From contig JBDOQK010000015.1 of NCBI GenBank assembly GCA_040437565.1, positions 1 to 64,000 on the forward strand: a DNA stretch of 64,000 bases, in the 5' to 3' direction. Under the pieces are notes generated by a model that saw nothing but the letters and a program-made list of their open reading frames with translations, had not been told where the DNA came from and made no database searches. A program made the translations under genes and the position numbers. This DNA comes from Albugo candida. Lineage: Eukaryota. This document shows, piece by piece, positions 38,194 to 51,924 of the stretch. Position 1 is the stretch's first letter. Every line of letters starts with the position of its first letter.

Positions 38194-38258
38194 TAAGTAG
38201 GCAATCATTTCTGCCAATGAAATAATAGAATGGCGAGAAGCGTGAAAAAGACAAATAT

Positions 38259-39046
38259 ATGGAATTGATTGCATCTTCTTATGACTCTGACTTCGATGAC
38301 GAATATCAATGTGATGATGACTGTGAAAGCGAACGTCATAAAGCCAAAGAAGGAGAAATCGTTTGGACTCGGCGTTTTCCGCATGTCGTAGGAAATTGGC
38401 CTAGTTATGTGTATATATCCATTGTCGAGAATGGATCGAAACAATCACAAGGAAAGGAATTCAGTGCTCTCGCTGACGAGATTATTGATGACGTCCGCGT
38501 GATTGCTGACAAAACACGAGTTCATTTGGTTGCATCTAGCAATAGTGCGGAGGATAATCTACATCATCTCAGTTTATCTCGTCCTTTCGTGCTAACTTAC
38601 AACATGATTGAGAAGTTTGTCCAAGAGCTAAGACTGTGTTTGAAATGGCGCCGCACTTTTGTATATACCTTGCAGGGTCTTAGAATCTTCATCAACGAGG
38701 ACGCAACAAGATCATTCCTAGCTATCAATATGATACATGGCACCGCACAATACTTACACATTCTACGCTGCGTCAATTCTTGCATGATGCATTTTCAGCT
38801 GCCACCATATTATGAGGTCAGTTTTGTATTCCACAACATTTGCAACAATGTGCCACAATAACTTTGCCTTCCTAGAATCCAAAACCACACGTTAGTGTAG
38901 CATCTTCTCCTCATGGTACGTTAGGATCCATTCTCACGCAAGCTCAGCTGGAGCGGCTTCCATCGGCAGGACTGAAATGGCATGGAATTGCCACACACGT
39001 TGTAGTTGCTATAGGAAATAGACGTTTTAAAATAAGCCTAAATTGA
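38259..39046 (+). CDS. USB1: U6 snRNA 2H phosphodiesterase Usb1/Mpn1, 2 exons
   Basis: RRFPHVVGNWPSYVY; two HxS motifs (HLSLSRP and PHVSVA); FINEDATRSFL; intron 38817-38875. Confidence 0.9.
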
Positions 39047-39272
39047 TTGATAGATATGCGCAGCACTTCACAAGCTGTTATTTACACCCCATTACGCTAA
39101 TTTGGCGTCACTAGCATCCAAATAGCTTTCCCTCAACATTGATCAGATACCATTCATTTTAGAGTTACGTGCTCTGTAACATGATTGACCCTACCAATTT
39201 TCTTAACTACTTCTATTGGCAAAATGCATTTCTCATTAGATAAGTGACCCTTGGTAAACACAGACGTGCGGC

Positions 39273-40453
39273 ATGCCGGAACCAAGTGAACCTGACACGT
39301 ACATGAAAGACGATGCGAGTGAAGCATACGCTGCATACCCTACAAGAACATGTGAATGGGAAATTGATGGTGAAGTTCCGTCTGGTGATTTACGCCTATC
39401 AAGAGAGCGACAAAGGGTTTCATTCCGACATACAGAAGTGGGTAACCAATGCGGAGTTGCCTGGACTCAGGTTCATAATGTCTTCGGATATTCGATGTGC
39501 ATACCAATCCTTGCTTGTAGGTCGAAACCATACTGCATGATAATCGAGAATTACGGCATCAAATTCGGATGCTAACAGGAAATCTCAGCAAGACGACGGA
39601 TGAACTGGGTCGACGAATGCAACTACTTGCTGAAACCCTGAACGCGCAACAAAAATCCCAAACAGAGATTTCGAGAGCTCGGCAGCTCATTATTGAAGCA
39701 GAAAGCATGGTGAAAAGCCATGAAAAAGACAAAACTCATTTAGAGAAGCTCCTACTGCATCAGCAGAGCACAAACGAACAGGAACGGCAGTGTCTGAAGC
39801 TGACGCAACAGAAATTACAAGAGCTGAAGCTCCTGGAGAGTGATAGGAAGAGAGTGTTGAAAAAAAGAAATAGAAAAGATGAGAAAATCGCTCAGTGTAT
39901 CTCACAAATGCAGGAAGAGAATCGAAGACTCGAACTTCAGAACTGTGAACTGGCAAAAGAAATTCAATACTTGCAGTCAGAAGCATATGTGATGCAAGGG
40001 GATCATGAACGAGAAAAAGAAAGTTTACTGCGTCAGATGGAACGTTTACAAATGAGTAGATTCGATAAAGCGTACAAAAGCTCTCTTATCATTGAACAAG
40101 GGTCACAAACATTTTACGAGCAGCGCATAAATGAAAAAGAGCACCACATACGAAATGTAAAAGAAACTGAGGAAAAAGAAAATAACAAGAGCAGGCAGAC
40201 ATCGATGTTGGAAGCTTTGCATCAAAATAAAATAAAAGATATTACCAGAAGAAAAGAGTGTTGCACCTTCAAGATACTACATCGTATGCGCATACAGTCA
40301 ATGAAAGCAACAGCCTCAAACGCGACCTGCGTCAGGCGTCTCGAGCAGAAGTTGAGAGGAAAAGACCAAGAGCTCAAGTTTCTTTATGAAAAGTATTTGA
40401 GTATGCTGAGAAACAGCGAGATTGATTCTGCCACTTTTTTCGATGCATTTTAA
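39273..40453 (+). CDS. Coiled-coil hypothetical protein, 2 exons
   Basis: ATG 39273, intron ~39471-39520, then a 294-aa E/K/Q/L-rich heptad ORF ending at 40453. Confidence 0.65.
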
Positions 40454-43400
40454 AAAGGAGACCTTAATGCGTGCATGAAATGCTAAATTTACGTTTTTGA
40501 ACCAGGATCGTAATAGACGGTGGTTGTCCGGCCTGGGAATCAAACGTATGCTTGTTATGCTTGTGCATTCTGGTTGATTCGAAAAACGAATAGCTATTTC
40601 TTGTACGTCATTTCGGTTTTCTGATGAAGCAGAAGAAGCCACCATGTAGTATGCTACTTTCCCACGGCTGATCTGTTAACTGATATCTTTCAGAAGAGAT
40701 TATAGACTTTAGTTATTCACCTTTTCCAAACACTGCTAGTCATATTTCTGAAGTTACCTTACCAGACCACGTATCAAAGGATGAACTATTGAAACAATAA
40801 AATTCCAGATAGATCCGTACATCAATTCGTCCGTTGACTAGTTTCTTCAGTATCAATGTCTGGTATAGATGAGTCGATTGGACGATATGTATCGAAACAT
40901 TTATGATAGGTTAAGAGATTTGAGTGCTGATTATAGCACCGATTGAATNNNNNNNNNNNNNNNNNNNNNNNNNNNNNNNNNNNNNNNNNNNNNNNNNNNN
41001 NNNNNNNNNNNNNNNNNNNNNNNNNNNNNNNNNNNNNNNNNNNNNNNNAAGAGATTTGAGTGCTGATTATAGCACCGATTGAATATAGTATGCGGGTCTT
41101 CAGAATACATACTTATTAAATAGATACACGAAAGTTGTGCAAGTAAATTGGTATAAATTCATTGTCATTCCCAACTTTAATCTAAACGAGAATGAAGTCC
41201 TATCACCGCATCTTTCCACCTTGGTCTCATAACTATTGCCTAATAGTAACCCTGGTACATCGAGAACTATCCTCACTTCCCACATTTCATTCTGGTCTAC
41301 TTGAAAGCGGTAACCACATCCTTGCCGATATCTGGATTCTATTTACCAAAGGCAGAGTCGTTTGAAGCAAATCCTCCTTCTAGTAGAACAGGCATTTGGT
41401 TGTTCTTTACGATCTATTGATCTATCAATTGAATTTTCAATAGTGCTGCGTCAGACTCAGAGTAGCGCGAACCACAAAACACAAATGTCGCAGCAAAAAA
41501 ACGTCATTCTTTTATTTTTTCTTGTAAAAGTTACCGCTTTACTCAACTCGAAATGCTTGCAGTCCACGCATCAATATGCAAAATAAAATTACGCGGTTCT
41601 AGCTTCATCGAACCAAGTTTTTAACACTATCAACGCAGGAAACGAATCAGAGCGTAACTTTTGCAAGCTCGGCTCGCTACACTGGCTTACCACAGACGTA
41701 TACCGGATGATTTTATGCCACAGCAGCTTCAAAGACGACCCAAAAATGCTAGCCATATCTCTTTCAAAATGTTTACGAACCGTTTATATATTATATGGGG
41801 GCAATTCCCTCTATACTGCTGCAGTACATGGATAGTGTTCGAACGAAAGAATACTATACGATAAGCCTATCTCAGACGCGATCACTGCTGAGCTCTCATA
41901 TCGAGTACCCTCATCATATCAGCAAGGCCAATTATATCAGGACGATTAGATCAGATTGGCAGCTTCGTGGCCACATTCGCCGCCGGCCACATCCGATCCA
42001 GCCACACTTGCAGATGCTCCAATCCTGGCTTAATCTACTAAGGATATCTTTCTGCCTTTAAACAATCCTAAAGAGGATATTTTCGATCTTGAGGAATCTC
42101 TGATCTCAGTCACCGCAAACGAAGAAGACTTATCCACGCTACATTGTTGCACTAGACAGTCCCGGATGAATGATGTTCAATCAACAGAGCTTCGCTGTGT
42201 GTGAGAAATCAATGTGGCCTAAGTTAAGCGTTGATTTCACCCACATATAATCAGCCTTGAGTGTGCCAAAGGGACACACTTTTGTTGAGAATTCACTAGT
42301 TACCAGTCGGACAGCTAGAAAATGCAAGTAGTTGTCGTTCGAACGAATCCACCGCCATTAAAGTAGATAATGTATATCGTGTTTTCTGTGGCAATCGAAA
42401 GGAAGGTTTTTCAGGGCCTTCGTCAAAGCTACAAGGTGATCTCGTAGCACAATGACTAGAACATGTTTATCACCACCGATGATGCTTCCAATGCGATAAA
42501 AACGGGTAGTCCCCTTACATTGCACGGCCGTTTCCAGGAGTACATGGGGTATTCATACAGCGAGAAAAACTACTTGGTATAAGCCAGATAACTTTATGAC
42601 TCAATAAGGTCGGTGATATATTTATCCGACCTTCCTCTAGACACTGATTCAACCGTTGCTATATTCCTATGGAAAAATCACTTTGCACAATCGTATTTGA
42701 GCAACCGCCATTTGCAGTGACACGTAGCGATTTATCTGTAATGGGAATCAAGATGCACTCCGCATCCTTCGCTCGACAAAAGGGGTTGATTCACTGACTA
42801 GTTGCCTCGCCCGAAACTTGAGATGTGTTTAGTCCGACCGTATTTTGTTCGTTAATCGGTTTTACCTAATATGAAAGCTGTGAAACGTTATCCACTCAAC
42901 CTATATGATGGAAGAAGATGCGCTCCAAGCTTTAGCACCATTGCATCGTGTTGTTCAATCCAGATACGAGCCAAATGCCACAACTACTTCGAGATAGTGA
43001 CTACAATTCGTACTAGCCACGCCTCGGACGTTTATCACATAAACAATAACCAATGTCCCAAATTTGACGTCACGTCTATGAATATGTTGTCGACCTATTG
43101 GTAGGGAGATAGCGCGTAGGTATGTTGCGTTATTCATGTAATGCCACAAGACCTTGCCACGGATAATCTGAATTTACTACTTCACGCTACCTATTAGTTA
43201 TGTACTTGTATTGTATCTTTCTTCAGCAGAAAACGAAAATGCCACGCCTCTAGTCCTGCAAGGGCCGCACTTTCGCAGTGAATCATATTCATAGAAAGCG
43301 CCAATGTCCAATTATAACACAGTACGCTCATAAAAAAGTAAATTTTTTAAATAATTTTTAAATTATATTTATGCTGAGGCCTCTGGAAGAACCAAGGTGA

Positions 43401-43871
43401 GAAATTTGCATCATCAGCAGATCTAGGAAGTGTATGTAGTGGTTGACGAAAGTCGTTGCTTTTTCTCGAAAAATGACTGTTCCAATGTCCGTTTCAAGTG
43501 ATTATATTCTTGAGTGCATTTACTAGTCTGAAAATCGTTTCTTTTACAAGCAGATTTCTCCGTTTTTGTCGATGCAACTAGATCCTCAGAATTTTGAATC
43601 AGCGAAGAAAATCATCTGTGTGAGCAGCTCTACACGGTATTGTGAAAGTATCAAGCATTGGCCTACTGCAAATTGAGCATAGTTGTGGTGGTAGCATGTT
43701 TGAATTGAAATAATGTGCCACTACCAACTACATATCATCACTCATCCATTGATGAAAGACATATAAGTGAATACGGCAACCAGATCTAAGCGGTTTCTGC
43801 TCAGCTATGCTACTCACAACTGGAGATTTTCGACCACAGAGACGATGTTTAAAGCGATACCATTAGTGTAT

Positions 43872-45005
43872 CAATAGCATATTTTAGCTGACTAGATTGA
43901 TTCGTGGTGGGGATTATAGAAAACATGCCACGAAAAAAATGTAATCAGAACCAATTTCCTGTTAAAACGTACACTATACTTGAAGCACTGTATGAGACTG
44001 CTCCACGATATGCAAAGCGACGACTGTGAGTCTGAAAGCAACATGTCTCAATAAGAAGCGTATGAGTGGCTGTTATCAGGTGTGAAAATCAAAGAACGTC
44101 AATGTATGGGCTCTACAAAATTTTATATGAATCAAAGCAGACTTCTGCACTATCGTGCAAGATCATCTTGAAAGTTTATCAGAATTCTTAGTCCCAGAAA
44201 TGCATCTGTGAATCGCTCGCGGTTAACACGTCGCCTTCCTGACCATCGCAGTGCTTATTGATGATACGTTGACTCCTGCAAATCCGAGCAATGTGACCTC
44301 GGGTGCAAAATGTTTGTTTTGGACATGGAATTATCCGACAACATCAAGAACAGATAGACAATTGTCTCTGCGTCACGCAATGACCGAANNNNNNNNNNNN
44401 NNNNNNNNNNNNNNNNNNNNNNNNNNNNNNNNNNNNNNNNNNNNNNNNNNNNNNNNNNNNNNNNNNNNNNNNNNNNNNNNNNNNNNNNCAATAGCATATT
44501 TTAGCTGACTAGATTGATTCGTGGTGGGGATTATAGAAAACATGCCACGAAAAAAATGTAATCAGAACCAATTTCCTGTTAAAACGTACACTATACTTGA
44601 AGCACTGTATGAGACTGCTCCACGATATGCAAAGCGACGACTGTGAGTCTGAAAGCAACATGTCTCAATAAGAAGCGTATGAGTGGCTGTTATCAGGTGT
44701 GAAAATCAAAGAACGTCAATGTATGGGCTCTACAAAATTTTATATGAATCAAAGCAGACTTCTGCACTATCGTGCAAGATCATCTTGAAAGTTTATCAGA
44801 ATTCTTAGTCCCAGAAATGCATCTGTGAATCGCTCGCGGTTAACACGTCGCCTTCCTGACCATCGCAGTGCTTATTGATGATACGTTGACTCCTGCAAAT
44901 CCGAGCAATGTGACCTCGGGTGCAAAATGTTTGTTTTGGACATGGAATTATCCGACAACATCAAGAACAGATAGACAATTGTCTCTGCGTCACGCAATGA
45001 CCGAA
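43872..45005. repeat. ~515-bp direct duplication either side of an N gap (assembly overlap)
   Basis: 43872-44388 is repeated at 44489-45005, both abutting the 100-N gap. Confidence 0.85.
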
Positions 45006-45379
45006 TGGATGAGAGCTTCGGTCAAAGAAACTTAGATTAAGCTTGTGCCTAACTTGCACGAGTCAGAACCTGATAATTTAATCAAAGACGACAAAATTAT
45101 GAAGTAAAAGATGTCGGCGTGGGCTGAGTGTGTTTTCTACTTTGCATTGAGCAGTTCTGAGATAGTGATTGCGGTTTGGATAGAAAGAAGTCGAGTACTT
45201 GGAGTATACCTCGACACTTTGGACGGGTATTTAGCTGTGGGATCACAGATACAGTACTTGAAGCCTTGAGCACTTCAGATCGCGGAAGTAAGCAGGATGA
45301 TCGACGAGAAATACCCGTATTGAGGTTATGATAAATAATTCCCCAATCGTCTGCTACTTCCCATTACAGAGAATATTGC

Positions 45380-47975
45380 ATCTAGCTCAAAGCAGAATAT
45401 ATAGAAATGTCAATACGTACCCGAGGATTTGTGTGGTCCAAACTATAATTCAATGAATGAGACGTTCTTTGCGCTCATGTATTTTTGCGCTTAATCATTG
45501 TGCAATTACAATTGCAAATGGCGAGGTTCATCAGAATAGAGTGACACANNNNNNNNNNNNNNNNNNNNNNNNNNNNNNNNNNNNNNNNNNNNNNNNNNNN
45601 NNNNNNNNNNNNNNNNNNNNNNNNNNNNNNNNNNNNNNNNNNNNNNNNCGCTTCCGCTATTGACTGAACCACAGCAGCTTGCTTCTTGCAGTGCCACCCT
45701 ACAGTAATTTCATTAACAACTTGCACACCTGCACTCACAGACTTTTGATCTTCATTGTCAGCCGCGAATTCCGCATCACTGAAGCTGACAATCCTGTTAG
45801 GCACTGGGGCTCGCTGTCCTCACGCAAATGCAGCTTCAAACCTTTTGTTCCCTTCAAGTACCTTGCAATCTTTTTGCAAGCTTATAATCCCGCAGTGGTG
45901 GTGCGTGACTTCGTCTAGTCGCTCCGTGCACCACGAATGTCTGGACATGTGCAGCGTGATACCCATAGCAAGCTCCCAACTAGAGACGGGAAATCCTTGA
46001 TAGTCGGTACTCGAAGCAATCTCAGAGCCTTTTCTTTCAGCAGCCCGTTGTCTCCTTCGATTACTTGCACTTCAGATATCAGTACTCGTACCGAGTTAGC
46101 TTCAGCCATACCATGTTTCTCGAGCACTTCTTCAATCGTCTGCTCCTGGTCGATATATTACCCTCCTTCTTTTGTCCACGCAATTCTCATTCCGAGGAAC
46201 TTCTCAACAATACCGAGATCCTTGAGCTCAAGCACCTTCATCTCAGTAAAGAATTGATCGATATGTTTCACATTCTCATCGGCTTAGTAAAAAAAACACG
46301 GGTCATTAATGCATTGAACGAAATCAATCTTGAGCAGCGTGTCGCACAACACTTGATGCCAAAGTCTTCCTGCCTGATTCAAACCATAGCGATTCCGTCC
46401 TAGAAGCAACACCAATTCATCAGGTTCCGTTACGCCAAGTCGTTCAAGGGTGCCTTGGGTCACTTTTATTCCATCGAAATAAGTCGATTCCGTACTCTGG
46501 CTCCGTGATAGCTTTCGGGCACGCGCTTGGGACGCCACCATACCTAGCCGGAATCCCCACATCCGTGAAATCGTAAAAATTACAAATGCATTTCCTATCG
46601 GCATCACCTTAAAGAATGTGAGTTTATTATTCAAACCAAGAATTTGCTTGTCGCCGCGAACCACCAGTATCGCCTTGTATCTTTTCACAGTCCCATTAGT
46701 CCTAATTTTGGTTTCATAAACCCACTTGGTTGGGATGGGTTTCACGTTCTTTGGACGTTTGATCACCGTCCACGAAGCGCTACCTTATGATTTTTTGGGT
46801 CTGGTATCGCGCGTTTTCTGTCATGTGCTTGTTCCACAGGCAGCACTGCGAGCGCCATAAGCACTGGATCCGACAGTTGCAACTCTTCGTCACTCGTTTC
46901 CAGTTCTCCCACATTGGTGCATTCTCCATGATATAAACTGTTGAATATGCTGACCTTTTCTCGCGTCTCCATGCTCCTTCCTTTACCATGCTCGTCTGCC
47001 TCGGCTTGTTTTCTTGACTTCTACGTTTGCGCTGTGATCTCCTTGACCTAACGGCAGCGACTCCTTCGGCTGCGCATCACTTTCTTCGGCCACTTGATGC
47101 TCACTTTCCACTTTTTATTTGCACATGTTCAGGCTCTTGTCCTCTGTTATCATAAAGTGCACGTTGAATTTGTTCATTCGCCGTACCATCGAGTGTCTCG
47201 ATGTTGGTGATGTGTCTAGTTATCGTTACGACTCTATCTTTGGGCAGCAACACCTTGTATCCCTTTGTTTCTTCGCTAATACCCGGGATCTTTGCTTGCT
47301 CTGCATGACGCACAAGTGTCTTCTTTTTGGGATCCTGCCAAACCCGGTGCCCGCCGGGTGAGTACTACAATCAGCGACGCACGCTTCAAATTTGCTCGAG
47401 TCGGACTAGTATTGATCATGTAAGCAGCGTAACTTGCAGCCTCGCTTCAGTACGTCTGCGCTAGACCTGAACGGAAGATCATGGATCGCACCATGTTGAA
47501 GACGGTGCGGTTCAAGCGTAGTACCTGTTTCTGTTACTTGACGCGCACACCTGTCTGTTTGCACAAGAGACTGACCCCTCCATACTTTCCTCCACTGCCA
47601 GTGCACAGGACGTAGATGCGGCACTTAAATTCGTTCTCAAACCACGCCAAAAAATGCTCGAACATCTTGGCCGCAGCATTTTTCTTAGTTGTAGTCAATG
47701 AAAACGACCAAATATCTGTTTCCACGACGGTTTTTTGGGGTGATAGTTCCTTTTAGATCACTCCAGATCACACCTCCGATGCGGTCCGTTGGTGCATTTG
47801 CACCCGAGCCCTTCTTGAGCTGTTTAGTTCTGGTGCCCTTCGCTTCAGCGCAAGTGAGACAGTTTGCACGCACGTGATCAGTAAGTTCAATACCGTAACC
47901 AGGATCTTCGGTTATACGCTCCATGGTATCCGCGATAAAGAAGGGATGATCATTTGATTCGTATGTTTTGGTCAA
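45380..47975 (-). mobile_element. Ty1/Copia LTR-retrotransposon pol relic (integrase-RT-RNaseH), frameshifted
   Basis: CLTCAEAK, IWSDLKGTITP...GNRYLVVFIDY (integrase); KWVYETK...KRYKAILVVRGDKQILG, YGLNQAGRLW, SLVGSLLW (RT); FSDAEFAAD..DQKSVSAG...WHCKKQAAVVQSIAEA (RNaseH). Copia domain order. Confidence 0.92.
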
Positions 47976-50142
47976 AAATCATTGGGAGATAGGTAGGCGC
48001 TTTACTATTGTAGTGGGCTAGTACTGCCAGGAGATCTCCGTATCTGAGTGTGTGTCTACAATTACGCTGGTAGCGATATTCTGTTATATTTCCTCTACTG
48101 CAAACTACTTGAGATCGGAGGGGTTCCACTAAGTATCTCATGTATGAACATACGTTGCTGATACGCCGCTTGGGCAATGCAAACGGATTAATTGAGGAAG
48201 GTGGTCTCCAAGGTAAGCTGAATGACTGGCAATATCTCGCTCGTGAGACTCCTGATTTCTACAGATTTGTGCTGTACATGTAAATTGTACAACCGGATTC
48301 GTAATTTATCCCCCAGCCAATATCACTCCGATCTGTTCTGGAGAACCTTTTTTGAGGATGTACGTGATGTTCTAGGCGCGCAGGGTCGGATATAGAGGTC
48401 TACGTCATCAGCAAATCTCTGAAGTCTTGAGAGCTTATACTGAAAGTTGCACTTGTAGACAGTGATGTCGATACACCTTTCAGTTTGGCAAACCATGATT
48501 AACAGCAACGGTAAGTAGTAGCCTTGACAAGAATTAGCTTTGGTGTCGGATCGGGAGCTAATAGACAGGTTGTCTCAATTGAGAATGGACCCGGGGTTAT
48601 AAATAATTTGTGTCAGTCATTGGAGCCATAGCCTTACTGGTGTCGGCTACACGACTGTACACGTTCGTTGACAGTGACATTTTTTAGAATCATTCCAACA
48701 GTAAGGCATGCGCACTCGAGAGTACGGAAGGAGTGAGGTGGTTTTCCTTTGCCCGCGTGATGGCCATCTGTTCTGCTTTTGTATCGATTACGTGGAGAAT
48801 GAGAGTGAAAACGTTTTAGCGTGTGATATTGAGAAGGTTGTTGGTATAGCTCCCAACGGATTTGTTGTCTTTACCGATAAAAATTATGATACCATGAATG
48901 ATATGGCTCTTGAACGTCTGGCTTTGATTGTGAAATGTCAACAATTATTCTGGCAAGAAGGTTGGCAGCCACCAAAACATCTCCCTTCATAATAGGGGCA
49001 TACGCGTATGTACATCTGGCGCACAATCTTTCTGGCTGCAAAAGGATCAGCCAATCTCTTCCGGTGATTATGTCTTTTCATGCTGCACGGATCAGCATTG
49101 ATCTCCCTCAAAAGCGACCCGANNNNNNNNNNNNNNNNNNNNNNNNNNNNNNNNNNNNNNNNNNNNNNNNNNNNNNNNNNNNNNNNNNNNNNNNNNNNNN
49201 NNNNNNNNNNNNNNNNNNNNNNTGCACGGATCAGCATTGATCTCCCTCAAAAGCGACCCGAAAGAAGCAAGCATCGATATGGTGTGCTGTTCGCGTAGAC
49301 TATTCTGAAATTTTCCTATCCATCACGTGAGAATATAGTCAAGCCCTCCTGTAGAGTCCTCATTTCGTATCTGAGACACCCGATCGGGGAGGAGGTAGCT
49401 TCAAATATCTCATAGACTCTGTAACGAGAGTTTTCCACGATCTTGATAGAGCGGTAGATCGTTGGGCTCATTACTACTGGAAAGCCGATGTAAGCGTGAA
49501 TGAGATAGGTTTGGTCATGGAAACCTAAGAAATCTAAAAATACGTCGGCGTGAGTGCACACTTGTCTTCTACAAGCTTATCCACACCTAGATATCACAGA
49601 ACCAAGTATTCATGATTTAGGAAGCGTAGTTTGATAATGTTGCAGCTCCCCAATTTGCAGCAAGCAATTTGTGCTCGATAAATCGTGCCCGATTTCCGAA
49701 CATACCAGCATAACCTAATGGCCTAGATGTATTGTTTCTAGTATCATTTTAGTACAACGGTGCATGCCAAGATTACTGCTGCACACCAAGATCCACGAAT
49801 TCTCAGAGAAATCCTTGTTCTTGACGGATGGTGAGGATCCATTTTTCAAATTATTGATAATTGTAGGCCATGTTTCAGCAACGTCGTTGAGGTCTCATAT
49901 TGTTATGTTCGTCGATAAACCGAGTCCTTGTGCATGCTTCGACAGTTACATTCATGCTATTCAACTGCTACGCATCAGAGCTCAGTAATATTGATGCTTT
50001 CGGTGCAGCATACATGCCGTTCGAGTCGCACATATCAGTCAGCTTACGACAGGACTGTACTGGCGAATGTAGACGATCGTGACAAGAGCGCTGTATTGTG
50101 AATTGAACAGTAAACTATTCTCATTCATCTGTATCTGTCTTG

Positions 50143-50804
50143 ATGAAGCGACGTGGACATCCTGCGTTTGGTTTTGCTGTACTCGTGACAATGGCCGGCG
50201 GAACAGGATATATATTGAAGAAAAGCCTACCCTCATTTATAGCAGGCACAGCACTGGGACTTGGCTTCCTCACCGCAGGTATGCTTGTGTTGACTGACAA
50301 TATGACCGATTATCAATTCCAACATGGTACATCGGCAGTCATGTCTGCCATTGTCGCTACAATGATGCAGCGACCCGCATCAGTATCGAACATTCGATAC
50401 TCATCACTGTTTGCATCGTGTGGTACAGTTTNNNNNNNNNNNNNNNNNNNNNNNNNNNNNNNNNNNNNNNNNNNNNNNNNNNNNNNNNNNNNNNNNNNNN
50501 NNNNNNNNNNNNNNNNNNNNNNNNNNNNNNNGCAGGTATGCTTGTGTTGACTGACAATATGACCGATTATCAATTCCAACATGGTACATCGGCAGTCATG
50601 TCTGCCATTGTCGCTACAATGATGCAGCGACCCGCATCAGTATCGAACATTCGATACTCATCACTGTTTGCATCGTGTGGTACAGTTTTATTGGGCTACC
50701 ACTCTTACCGGCTCTTGCATCCACCTCGAAAGATATTTCGTTATCCGGATGCAGCATTACTAAAGTCAGAAGAGACAGATCATATTTTTGATTCGAACAA
50801 ATGA
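50143..50804 (+). CDS. TMEM14-family small membrane protein (~134 aa once the gap duplication is removed)
   Basis: HPAFGFAVLVTMAGGTGYILKKSLPSFIAGTALG (GGxxGYxKKxSxPSLxAG motif). 50274-50431 is duplicated after the gap at 50532-50688. Confidence 0.8.
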
Positions 50805-50845
50805 ATAGGAACATTAGATATAACACTACTTCGATTCTGGCATGA

Positions 50846-51700
50846 TCATACAGATGCGTCAAAGGGCAATCTTTTTCTACATAGGTCACTACTGCATAAA
50901 CATTTTTTATACACATGTTTCGTGTTCAAGACATCTGTCGATACTCCGTAATCAAAAGTCAGCTCCTCGCCCTTCTTGACGTGTCTGTTGGTGTAAAAGA
51001 AAAGGCGAGGTATATACGAGTCGATACGGAAAACTTCGATAGACAAGAGAGGGTCGCACCCATGATTTATAAAGCGTGTAAAGTTACCAAAATAAGTAGC
51101 GTCCACATTGGTGCGTAAAATCTGCGGACCCGAAGCCTGGATTTCGACGAGACCCTCACGCAAAACCAAAACATAGTTTTGTCCCGATCCATCATATTTC
51201 TGTCGGTACCGCTTTTGTATTTCCGCAGTTGATAGAACTTCACCGACATACTCACCAACACAGGTATGCTCTGAGATCATATCTCCTGCAAAGACTCCCC
51301 ATCCTTTGCCAGAACTATACTGTAAATATATGGGCACATCTCCACCTAGCTGAAGATGGGCATATCTTGCTTCTTGTCTCGCCCTAAGCGATAATGGCAA
51401 TCCATGCTTTTCAAAGCGTATTGGTAACACGCATCTGGTAACATACGTGTATTTCATCAATTGGATAAATTGAGATCTGCTGTAATGTCCCATGCTAGGG
51501 ATTCTAAATGCTTCAGCGCCATCGGACAGATCTGATTCGAGTCGTTGCATCCATTCTCTTACAAGTTGACTAGTGAATCTGCTTACAAAAAGCAAACTTT
51601 TCAGAGCACCCGTTCCGATGAAATGGCAGACTCTTTGTTCCGTAATGAGGAAATGCAATCCATTTATGTAATTTGTATCGAGCGTCGGAAAATGTTTCAT
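50846..51700 (-). CDS. SET-domain lysine methyltransferase (SETMAR/SUVR3-like SET + post-SET)
   Basis: GKGWGVFA, VGEYVGEV, VDATYFGNFTRFINHGCDP, GEELTFDYG, post-SET CLCSSDLCRKRLP. Confidence 0.88.
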   Translation of the reverse strand: MKHFPTLDTNYINGLHFLITEQRVCHFIGTGALKSLLFVSRFTSQLVREWMQRLESDLSDGAEAFRIPSMGHYSRSQFIQLMKYTYVTRCVLPIRFEKHGLPLSLRARQEARYAHLQLGGDVPIYLQYSSGKGWGVFAGDMISEHTCVGEYVGEVLSTAEIQKRYRQKYDGSGQNYVLVLREGLVEIQASGPQILRTNVDATYFGNFTRFINHGCDPLLSIEVFRIDSYIPRLFFYTNRHVKKGEELTFDYGVSTDVLNTKHVYKKCLCSSDLCRKRLPFDASV

Positions 51701-51924
51701 TGCATCAATCGAACTTACTGTGACAAATCGAAAGCCTAATTACCATTGGGAAATGTCGCATTCCATTCTAACGATCTCAAATCATCCAATCATTCTTCCA
51801 GCACAAAATTTATCGGACACTTCCAAACACTTTTGTATACAGCCTCAAGAAACACATCAATGTGTAGCGACGTTGCATATCTTTACGTGTTCTGTATTCA
51901 TTGAAGATAGCGTTTTTTATAACC

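Noticed and set aside
43872..45005. Apparent tandem duplication or LTR pair
   Set aside because: Both copies abut a 100-N placeholder and look identical: unmerged contig overlap.
48708..48992. 94-aa ATG ORF next to the Copia relic
   Set aside because: No recognisable domain and no continuation I can support.
50274..50688. Apparent internal repeat or two tandem TMEM14 ORFs
   Set aside because: Exact overlap across the gap; removing it gives one continuous ORF.
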